Made by a program: the position numbers and the translations under genes. The notes beneath the pieces were generated by a model that worked only from the letters and a program-made list of their open reading frames with translations, had not been told where the DNA came from and did no database searches. From an uncultured virus (IMG/VR IMGVR_UViG_3300013306_000447) (taxonomy: Duplodnaviria > Heunggongvirae > Uroviricota > Caudoviricetes), in IMG/VR virus record IMGVR_UViG_3300013306_000447: a DNA stretch of 20,000 nt; one strand, 5' to 3'. Positions 8,544-15,447 of this stretch are shown here, in pieces (within the stretch, counting starts at the first letter, position 1; the number at the start of each line of letters is the position of its first letter).

Positions 8544-8758
8544 GCCCGTACCCCACGCCGGTCTGCCAGCTCCTGGCAGTCAGTGCAACGCGTACAGCCG
8601 CGATCAAGCATTGCCAATCGCCGAGCCTCTAGGATGAAATCCCCGCAGTCCACGCACTCGAGCGTACATTGGCCTGGATTGGCACTAGGACGCGCGGCCA
8701 TCGCCACTGCAAGATTAAGAGCAATGACGTTATCAGCAACATCTGCGTTGTCAGACAT
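8540..8758 (-). CDS. TraR/DksA C4-type zinc-finger protein (PtrB/PA0612-like)
   Basis: N-terminal DxADxA motif; CVDC...RR...CTRCTDCQ. Confidence 0.88.
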   Translation of the reverse strand: MSDNADVADNVIALNLAVAMAARPSANPGQCTLECVDCGDFILEARRLAMLDRGCTRCTDCQELADRRGVRA

Positions 8759-9260
8759 AGGTCAGATCCTCCGCATGCATCTTGCGGAGCACTGCGCGCA
8801 ACTTGAACACCGCCTGCACCATCCGCTCGGCCAGCAGTTCAAACTCAGCCAGTTCGTCATCGTCCAATTTGTCATCGGACAATGAGGTCGATACATGCGT
8901 GGCTAACTCCCCCTCACGAGAAAGCAACTCGCCAATGCCTGCCATTAGCGACTGCGCCGTGTCGGTGTCGCTCAACTCGGAAACGTCGATTCCCACCCAA
9001 CCGATGGGATGCAGCAACGCGTCTACGATGCGCGGATCGCGCGTGGCACCCAGCACCAATTCAAGATCGCCAATGTTAGGCGTGTGGCTGGTGTTGGTCA
9101 GGCTCAGCTTATGATTGAGGGTGGTGGCGTTGCCGCCGTCGATAGCGGCAATGGCAGTGGCTCCGCCTGGATAATCACGTGCGGCGTGGAGCAAAGCTTG
9201 CGGTAGAGTCAACAGCGAACGCCGTGCGCGCTCAATGGAATTGAACTGTTTACGGTTCAT
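8751..9260 (-). CDS. cII: Phage regulatory CII family protein
   Basis: YPGGATAIA...TLNHKL...H pattern; downstream of cro. Confidence 0.8.
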   Translation of the reverse strand: MNRKQFNSIERARRSLLTLPQALLHAARDYPGGATAIAAIDGGNATTLNHKLSLTNTSHTPNIGDLELVLGATRDPRIVDALLHPIGWVGIDVSELSDTDTAQSLMAGIGELLSREGELATHVSTSLSDDKLDDDELAEFELLAERMVQAVFKLRAVLRKMHAEDLTYV

Positions 9261-9284
9261 GGCAAAACTCCAAAAACTCTGCCA

Positions 9285-9313
9285 GTGACCGCCGCATGCC
9301 TGTTTGGTACAGT
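9285..9313 (+). promoter_or_regulatory. Putative antisense (PRE-like) promoter
   Basis: GTGACC (9285-9290), 17-nt spacer, TACAGT (9308-9313) with extended TG; points back through cro towards cI. Confidence 0.5.
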
Positions 9314-9319
9314 TGCGCC

Positions 9320-9527
9320 GTGGTCACTCACAGGTGGTCGCATGCAGCCGGTTGCTCTGTGGTAGAAAACCCGGCTGCACCCCAATGGCAAGGCACACGC
9401 TCCGCATGTGCCCTGTCGTTACAGCCTGCAGACCGTGGTGGGTTAGCAGGCAACCCAGGGCATCCGTGCCTTGGGGGGTGGTGGAACGGCGCGTTGTATT
9501 GGTTTGCTCCGCGCCGCTCTGCCTTTT
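9320..9527 (+). ncRNA. Candidate structured antisense/small RNA with GUGGU loops
   Basis: Five consecutive hairpins; three contain G-U pairs that form only on the plus strand; five GTGGT motifs; promoter upstream and a hairpin plus TTTT at the end. Confidence 0.5.
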
Positions 9528-9533
9528 ACTTCG

Positions 9534-9722
9534 TTAAGCAGCCTGCTGGCTTGACGCTTTATCTGTCGCCCTGAGCTTTCCATCTGTAAGCACTTGAACC
9601 TGATACTGGCGTGACTGCGGCGGCTCACAGCCCCATTGCGATACTGCAGCGGGGGAGACTTTCAGAGCCGCAGCCACTTTAGATTTCCCTCCGAAGAAGG
9701 CGATTACTTCTGTCGTGAGCAT
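9534..9722 (-). CDS. cro: Cro-like repressor
   Basis: 62 aa MLTTEVIAFFGGKSKVAAALKVSPAAVSQW HTH; AGGAG RBS; divergent from cI. Confidence 0.9.
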   Translation of the reverse strand: MLTTEVIAFFGGKSKVAAALKVSPAAVSQWGCEPPQSRQYQVQVLTDGKLRATDKASSQQAA

Positions 9723-9748
9723 GGTGCTCTCCTGTTTTCCTGCCCAAT

Positions 9749-9821
9749 ACAGTAAGTACACTTAACTTATTTGGCAAGCAAATGAAGGACTCCAAACAAA
9801 GTAAGCCTTAAGCTAGCTTAA
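9749..9821. promoter_or_regulatory. OR region: PR promoter and two operators
   Basis: Minus strand TTGCCA (9777-9772), 17-nt spacer, TACTGT (9754-9749); palindromes TAAG-TACA-CTTA (9753-9764) and TAAG-CTAG-CTTA (9809-9820). Confidence 0.75.
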
Positions 9822-10477
9822 TGAATACTCCAGCAGAAAGAATCGCATACGCCATTTCCAAGTGCGGAAAGAAAGCCAGCGTCTTGGCGATAGAGTCCAA
9901 CCTGAGTGCTGCCAGAATTAGCCAGTTAGCGCAGGGAGACGGGAGCCTCAAGGCTGAAAATCTTTTCCTATTCGCACGCGCTACCGGGTTCTCAGCCCAG
10001 TGGCTTGCCGAAGGCATAGGGGACAAATATGACGCCGGTGCCCTCGAGGAGGGCCATGTGCTGATTCCCCAATTCACCGCCAAGGCGGGTGCAGGCCCGG
10101 GCCACACCAACCACCACATAGAAGACCTCGGCGGCCTAATGTTTAGGAGAGACTGGCTTACCCGAATGGGCTTGAAGGAAAAGAACCTCAAGGTCATCTA
10201 CAGCACAGGAATGAGCATGTTCCCGACCATTGCTGATGATGATGTGCTGCTGATTGACGAAGGCCAGCGCGAGCCGTTGAACGGCAGAATCTATGCAATT
10301 CAGCGCCCAGACGGAGACATCAGCATCAAGCGCCTAGTCCACACGCTCACCAACGGTTGGATAATTCGAAGCGACAACGAGGACAAACGCGCTTATCCGG
10401 ATGAGAGCGCTACTGATACAAGCATTGGTCATCTACTCATCATCGGACGGGCCGTATGGCATGCTGGAGCCCTCTAG
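9821..10477 (+). CDS. cI: CI-like repressor, HTH plus S24 autopeptidase (LexA/PrtR family)
   Basis: N-terminal HTH, AG cleavage site (AGAGPG), catalytic Ser (GMSMFPT) and Lys (IKRL), C-terminal IIGRAVW. Confidence 0.95.
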   Translation: MNTPAERIAYAISKCGKKASVLAIESNLSAARISQLAQGDGSLKAENLFLFARATGFSAQWLAEGIGDKYDAGALEEGHVLIPQFTAKAGAGPGHTNHHIEDLGGLMFRRDWLTRMGLKEKNLKVIYSTGMSMFPTIADDDVLLIDEGQREPLNGRIYAIQRPDGDISIKRLVHTLTNGWIIRSDNEDKRAYPDESATDTSIGHLLIIGRAVWHAGAL

Positions 10478-10502
10478 CTGTAGATCTCTTAACAAAATAT
10501 AT

Positions 10503-10540
10503 TAAGCTTTCTTGACTTAAAAAGTTAAGAGAACTTTAAT
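10503..10540 (+). promoter_or_regulatory. OL region: PL promoter with two operators
   Basis: TTGACT (10512-10517), 17-nt spacer, TTTAAT (10535-10540), overlapped by TAAG-N4-CTTG (10503-10514) and TAAG-N4-CTTT (10526-10537). Confidence 0.8.
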
Positions 10541-10576
10541 TGCCTCACTCTCCCACCACAGAGCGAGGCAATTCCC

Positions 10577-10747
10577 ATGCAAACCGCAACGTTGCACGTC
10601 CTACCAACGTGCCCAGAAAGCCGCGTTTTCGAGGTGCGCCGCCTAGCCATAATCCACGGCTGCGCCTTCGCCCCTACCAAACGCAAATCAACTACCAGCC
10701 CAACGCCAACCCCCTTCAATCCTGACGATGGAGGGCGTGCAGCATGA
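10577..10747 (+). CDS. Small early protein, first gene of the PL operon (56 aa)
   Basis: Below the ORF-track size cut-off: MQTATLHVLPTCPESRVFEVRRLAIIHGCAF...DDGGRAA; GAGG RBS; stop overlaps the next ATG (ATGA). Confidence 0.7.
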   Translation: MQTATLHVLPTCPESRVFEVRRLAIIHGCAFAPTKRKSTTSPTPTPFNPDDGGRAA

Positions 10748-11307
10748 GTAGACTATCTCTCAACGCCAGCGCCTACATCCGTCTACAGGCCCAGGTAAAC
10801 CTTAGCGGCACCTTCAATCACACCCTGCATTCGTGTGATGGCTGCCAATCCGTAGCGGCTCAGGTTGAGATCGAACAATGCACCGCCGGCATCACGGTGA
10901 TGGTGCGCATCTGCGGGACGCGCAATACATCAGTCACTCTCGATAAGCACCGCAAAAACAACGCCACGCGCGTTGCGAGCTTTATCGAAGGTATCGCCAA
11001 TGGCCGCAGCCCCACCGGTGTGCCCGACGTAGATGAGCATGAAGCTGTCAGCGATATAGAGGCCACTCTACGTCTGGCTATCCGGCGTGGGCGCGGCATC
11101 TACCACCTGATCGCCGACGAACTGGAGCCTTCTCTAAAGATACAGCGCAACCCACGCGGCGGTTTTATCGCCGTGATCGAAATAGACGACGACGCAGGCT
11201 GCCTACTCACCCTGCCCGCCGACAACCAGCGCGCTTACGCAATCTTGGTTGAAAACCTTAATCAATTCCTGCAGGGCTACCGCAACAGCCTCGCGGCCGC
11301 CGCGTGA
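10744..11307 (+). CDS. Hypothetical phage early protein
   Basis: 187 aa, GGAGG RBS, coupled start. Confidence 0.75.
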   Translation: MSRLSLNASAYIRLQAQVNLSGTFNHTLHSCDGCQSVAAQVEIEQCTAGITVMVRICGTRNTSVTLDKHRKNNATRVASFIEGIANGRSPTGVPDVDEHEAVSDIEATLRLAIRRGRGIYHLIADELEPSLKIQRNPRGGFIAVIEIDDDAGCLLTLPADNQRAYAILVENLNQFLQGYRNSLAAAA

Positions 11308-11316
11308 GGTGCCTAC

Positions 11317-11607
11317 ATGAGCATATCCCTCAAACGCGCAGCCCAACGCCTTGGTCTGGGTCACCGCGAATTGATGAAACGCATGCGCGACAAAGGTTTG
11401 CTAGATAAAAAAAACCTGCCAGCTAACCCAGCCGCAACCAAAGACTTTTTGGTCACCCGCGAGAGCCGCTGGTTTCACGAGGAATACGGGATGCAATACC
11501 AACGTACCACTCGTGTGACTGAGATCGGCATCTCCTGGCTAGCCAACCAGATCGGTATTGAATGCCCAGCACCACCCGCCGTGCCTGACCCGCGAGAAGT
11601 CGCGTAA
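11317..11607 (+). CDS. Antirepressor KilAC(ANT)-like DNA-binding protein
   Basis: SLKRAAQRLGLG...LMKRMRDKGLL...NLP...TTRVTEIGISWLA pattern; GAGG RBS. Confidence 0.75.
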   Translation: MSISLKRAAQRLGLGHRELMKRMRDKGLLDKKNLPANPAATKDFLVTRESRWFHEEYGMQYQRTTRVTEIGISWLANQIGIECPAPPAVPDPREVA

Positions 11608-11789
11608 TGAGACAGCCCGAAGCATGGCCGCGCCAGTACGCCCGCCAGATCACGGCGATGCGAACTCGCGAGGAACGCATCGCCGCGCTGGCAGAGGTAC
11701 CGGAGCACCTACGCGATCTTGTGCGCACCCACGTTGAGATCGCCTGGAACCACCCCCGAGGGAATACACATGGATCGCAAACTGATTGA
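11607..11789 (+). CDS. Hypothetical phage protein
   Basis: 60 aa; TAATG coupling with the previous gene. Confidence 0.7.
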   Translation: MRQPEAWPRQYARQITAMRTREERIAALAEVPEHLRDLVRTHVEIAWNHPRGNTHGSQTD

Positions 11790-12237
11790 CACCTTACTGA
11801 TCGAGCTGCTGAACCTGCCCGAAGAACGCCGTACCCCTGAGAAAATTCTGGCCAACCTGACATTAGCCGCGACCGCCGCCGGTGTTTCCCTCCCCATCAC
11901 TGGCGCACCGCTGCAAATCGAGCACCTGCAACTGGCGGCGGCTCTCGACCAACTCGTGATCGATCTCGGCCCCAACTACCGTGCTCGCGCCATGCTGCGC
12001 CTTGGCAGCGGCATTGAGGGCGTTGAGTTGGGGGCCGTTCTCGAACCGCTAGACAGCACCTCACCACTGCCGCGCTTCGTGGCCTTTGGCAATACAGCAC
12101 GCACAGCATTGGCAGCTATCAACCGCGATATTCGAGCCAGTAACCAACCACATGCCAAAGCAGCGCCGCAACGTAGGCCCGGAAAGCTGACGCTCGGCAC
12201 GCTCAAGGCCCAAGTAGATAAGGCGAACGCAGCATGA
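11770..12237 (+). CDS. Hypothetical phage protein
   Basis: Start reassigned to ATG 11770 (GAGGG RBS); ends with an ATGA overlap. Confidence 0.7.
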   Translation: MDRKLIDTLLIELLNLPEERRTPEKILANLTLAATAAGVSLPITGAPLQIEHLQLAAALDQLVIDLGPNYRARAMLRLGSGIEGVELGAVLEPLDSTSPLPRFVAFGNTARTALAAINRDIRASNQPHAKAAPQRRPGKLTLGTLKAQVDKANAA

Positions 12238-12554
12238 CGGCCTCTGTACAGCGCGAACTGCGCCTGCCGATAGCGCCCAGAAGTCAAACCGTTGACCTGC
12301 TGTACCGAACCCTCGGGGACCTGCTCGTACCCGTCGAACAGGTACGTGAACGCTACTTCAGCAATCTCAACCAGGACAACTTCACTCGCGCACTGACAAG
12401 CGGCCGTGTAGCGCTACCCATCACCACTCTGGATACCAGCGCCAAGCGCCCCCGTTTTATCGACATCCGCCATCTGGCCATCTTCATTGATACCCAGGCT
12501 GATGCCGCAGACGAAGAACTGACAAACACTCAACCCCAGCCAGACGAGCGATGA
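12234..12554 (+). CDS. prtN: Pyocin activator PrtN family protein
   Basis: TVDLLYRTLGDLLVPVEQVRERYF...LPITTLDTSAKRPRFIDIRHLAIFID is the PrtN signature. Confidence 0.85.
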   Translation: MTASVQRELRLPIAPRSQTVDLLYRTLGDLLVPVEQVRERYFSNLNQDNFTRALTSGRVALPITTLDTSAKRPRFIDIRHLAIFIDTQADAADEELTNTQPQPDER

Positions 12555-12643
12555 ATCTTTAACCGACACACTTCGATAACAGCTGCACCACCGCAACCGC
12601 TGCACCACCAGCCAAGCGGAACACAACAGTAGGAGCAAACCAC

Positions 12644-13042
12644 ATGACGGCATTTGAAATTCTCGCATTAATCAGCTTCGTAATTGCACTCGCCATTCTG
12701 TACTGGGTCGGGTACCGAGGCGGCTTAAGGGGCGGCTGGAGCGAAGGCTACGACGACGGCCACGCTAAGGGCTACATCCTGGGCATTGAGGAGGGCGAGT
12801 CATCGGGCGCTACTGCTCTCGAAAACGCCACACGGCGATGTGAACGCCTGGAACTGATTTTGATCAGGGAACCCCAGGACCGTCAGATCCTTCTGGCCAT
12901 CGCGGGAAAACTCAAACTCGCCGCCGATTTCTTCCACGCCATCAAATCGGAAAGCCACGCAACTCAAGCACTCATTTTACGTGACCACGCGTTGAACATG
13001 GCCGACGAGTTGAATTCCTTCTATCAGGAGGATGCAGCATGA
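12644..13042 (+). CDS. Hypothetical membrane-anchored protein with GxxxG repeats
   Basis: N-terminal TM helix, then GYRGG-LRGG-WSEG-YDDG-HAKG-YILG repeats; AGGAG RBS. Confidence 0.75.
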   Translation: MTAFEILALISFVIALAILYWVGYRGGLRGGWSEGYDDGHAKGYILGIEEGESSGATALENATRRCERLELILIREPQDRQILLAIAGKLKLAADFFHAIKSESHATQALILRDHALNMADELNSFYQEDAA

Positions 13043-13260
13043 GTCGCGCTATCCCAATGCTGCGTCTGACGCCCCAAGCCGCTGGAACACTGCAACAGCA
13101 GTACACCGAGGCCATGAAGGAACTGAGCGCATTAACACGCCACAACAAAGAATTCGACCGGCAGCTGAAAGCGCTGATTGGTTACGACGCACTCCGCGAA
13201 TTGCATAAAACAACTGACAACACCCTGCTGCTGGCCGATCTAGTGAAGGAGGCCGCATGA
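13039..13260 (+). CDS. Hypothetical coiled-coil phage protein
   Basis: 73 aa; ATGA overlaps at both ends; GGAGG RBS. Confidence 0.75.
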   Translation: MSRAIPMLRLTPQAAGTLQQQYTEAMKELSALTRHNKEFDRQLKALIGYDALRELHKTTDNTLLLADLVKEAA

Positions 13261-13799
13261 ACTGGATCCTCACCCACACCGGCAAGCGTTTTGATCTGTT
13301 CGAGCCTGACGCCGACATGATCGATCCACGGGACATCTCCCACTCACTGGCACACCTCTGCCGCTTCAACGGGCATACCCGCGAGTTCTACAGCGTGGCT
13401 CAACACAGCTGCATCGTCGCCGAGCTGGTGCCGGAAGAATACAAGCTCGCAGCCTTACTCCACGACGCGCCAGAGGCGTACCTGGGCGACATGACCAAGC
13501 CACTTAAGCAGTGGATACATGCATACCAAGACTTTGAAGACTGGGTATGGCAACGCGTGTGCCAGCGCTTCGACATTGCTGCGAAGCTTCCTGCATGCGT
13601 TCACCAAGCCGACTTGATTGCGCTGGCCACCGAACGCCGCGACCTCATGCCAACCGATCCGGCTATCTGGGATTGTTTGGTCGGCATACAACCCATGGCT
13701 GAAATCATCCGTCCATGGCCTGCCGCTGAAGCCCGACTCACCTACCACCAGCACCTGATGGACCAACTCGCTGTCGAACATCGGAGGAAAGCGGCATGA
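13257..13799 (+). CDS. HD-domain phosphohydrolase (YfbR/YfdR-like 5'-deoxynucleotidase)
   Basis: RFNGH...YSVAQHS...ALLHDAPEAYLGD...ADLIALATERRDL motifs. Confidence 0.88.
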   Translation: MNWILTHTGKRFDLFEPDADMIDPRDISHSLAHLCRFNGHTREFYSVAQHSCIVAELVPEEYKLAALLHDAPEAYLGDMTKPLKQWIHAYQDFEDWVWQRVCQRFDIAAKLPACVHQADLIALATERRDLMPTDPAIWDCLVGIQPMAEIIRPWPAAEARLTYHQHLMDQLAVEHRRKAA

Positions 13800-14077
13800 A
13801 GAATCAACAGGAAAATACCAGCACCCTGCCCGCTTTGCTCCGAAGCACCAGTGGTGTCGACACTTCAGAAACAAACAGTCTCTGCTGCGCAGCAGCAGGC
13901 ATTATTGCTCCTTCCAGCGCCACTGCCGAGGCACGTATACCCCACGAAAAGCTGCGCGGTGCAGCGGTCAGTGATGCAACGCTTACCGCTTCGGGACGCC
14001 CGCCCGCGCAGCCTGTCGTGGGGTATACGCACGCTTCGGGACATATAAGCATGGCTCAGCCGAGGGGGGCCGTATGA
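13796..14077 (+). CDS. Hypothetical protein
   Basis: 93 aa, low complexity; ATGA overlaps at both ends. Confidence 0.55.
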   Translation: MKNQQENTSTLPALLRSTSGVDTSETNSLCCAAAGIIAPSSATAEARIPHEKLRGAAVSDATLTASGRPPAQPVVGYTHASGHISMAQPRGAV

Positions 14078-14325
14078 CGGTCTTTCTTTTGCTGTACCTG
14101 TGCGCAGACGCCACCCGAACGAACTGCCAGGTATTGCCAGCTCAGCATTGGAATGGACCGGACGCGTACGAGCAGTGCATTGGCACCATTCCTGGGCTCA
14201 CCAAAGCACTGACAGCCCCCAACCGAAAACGGCATCGATTCGTTTGTGAGATCCAATCCGACGGAGCACAACCTGCAGAGCACAAGCTACTGCCGTCGCG
14301 CGCTCATCAATCGTTTCGGATGTAA
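14074..14325 (+). CDS. Hypothetical small Cys-containing protein
   Basis: 83 aa; hydrophobic N-terminus, four spaced Cys; coupled start. Confidence 0.65.
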   Translation: MTVFLLLYLCADATRTNCQVLPAQHWNGPDAYEQCIGTIPGLTKALTAPNRKRHRFVCEIQSDGAQPAEHKLLPSRAHQSFRM

Positions 14326-14371
14326 CAGGGAGATGGTCATGAACACATCATCTGGTAACGATGGAGGTTGT

Positions 14372-14845
14372 ATGAGCGAGTTCAAAATCGAAGATCGTTA
14401 CATCGTCATCAAACGTAGCGATCTGGCCAAGCACCACCCCAAGGAGCGGGAAATACTCGGACATGCCCTCACAGCAATCGGTAAACCACTGCGCCAATAC
14501 GTGGTCATCGAAAGCGACTGGCCAGAGTACCACCTGGTCTGGGCAATGCTTAAGCACCGAATGACCGGTAAACCGGTGCCCGACTTCTATCTTTGGCGCC
14601 GTGCAGATGAACTGCAGCAGCTCCTAAACGCAGCGGATGAGCGGGCGGATCTGCTGGAGCGAGATGCCGCTCGATACCGCTGGCTACGCGATCCTGAAAA
14701 TCGGGACGGACTAGAGCCTGAAGACCTTCTGATTGTCGGCATTGCCGAAGGTGAAGACATCGTGTGGCTTGAGCAGTTGGATAAAGCCATTGACGCGAAT
14801 CTGGAATCACTCAAGCCAACGGAGGGCGGCGGCGATGGCCTGTAA
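14372..14845 (+). CDS. Hypothetical phage protein with DAARYRWLR motif (Ead/Ea22-region type)
   Basis: Start reassigned to ATG 14372 (GGAGG RBS); RYIVIKRSD and VVIESDWPEY N-domain, coiled coil, DAARYRWLR. Confidence 0.7.
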   Translation: MSEFKIEDRYIVIKRSDLAKHHPKEREILGHALTAIGKPLRQYVVIESDWPEYHLVWAMLKHRMTGKPVPDFYLWRRADELQQLLNAADERADLLERDAARYRWLRDPENRDGLEPEDLLIVGIAEGEDIVWLEQLDKAIDANLESLKPTEGGGDGL

Positions 14846-15098
14846 GCATGAAGATTTCAAGGCAACCGTGGGTGTTGCTCGCATCGAAAACAAAGGGCGG
14901 TTCATGGCGGAAATTAGCATCGTATGCACGCAATGCGGCGTACCGATGCAATTCATGGGTCTCGAGCCTGGACTCAACTATGACGGTGCCACTGTCAGCC
15001 TTGATGGTTTCGAGGCACGCATTGGTATTCATCCTCGCGGCGAACGACCGAATCCCCTGCAAAAGCTTGCGGGCTATTCGATCCGCAATCACAACTGA
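14835..15098 (+). CDS. Hypothetical protein with CxH and CxxC motifs
   Basis: Start reassigned to ATG 14835 (GGAGG RBS): MACKHEDF...CTQCG. Confidence 0.7.
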   Translation: MACKHEDFKATVGVARIENKGRFMAEISIVCTQCGVPMQFMGLEPGLNYDGATVSLDGFEARIGIHPRGERPNPLQKLAGYSIRNHN

Positions 15099-15108
15099 GG
15101 CATTGTCC

Positions 15109-15447
15109 ATGACCAACAAGCAAACGAATGACGGCATGCCGAGGCGATACCGGGTCAGCATCGGCGAATGGGGTGTTTCTCGGCGTGAATCGGTATACCT
15201 GTGCTCTGACATTGATCGGATGAACACAGGCTTGTTTAAACCGGTTACGCAAACCGATTGCCGAACTGATGTCGGCGTTACGGTTGGGCTAATTGATTCG
15301 ATTATCACGATGGCGAGAGTTTTGTCTGGCCGCCTCCTTGATTCCGTGGAAGTTCAGGAGGCTTTACAGGATTTCAGGGGGGATGAGGATGTGCGCGCCC
15401 TGCTAGATGTGCCTGCTGATGGCGATGCTACGGGAGACCATCAATGA
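15109..15447 (+). CDS. Hypothetical protein
   Basis: Start reassigned to ATG 15109 (GAGG RBS); stop overlaps the next ATG. Confidence 0.6.
   Translation: MTNKQTNDGMPRRYRVSIGEWGVSRRESVYLCSDIDRMNTGLFKPVTQTDCRTDVGVTVGLIDSIITMARVLSGRLLDSVEVQEALQDFRGDEDVRALLDVPADGDATGDHQ

Noticed and set aside
9296..9574. Small ORFs in the cro-cII gap
   Set aside because: No RBS or family motifs; the region is better explained by RNA structure.
10540..10725. 61-aa ORF from the track
   Set aside because: Starts inside the PL -10 element; the 10577-10747 frame has an RBS and ATGA coupling.
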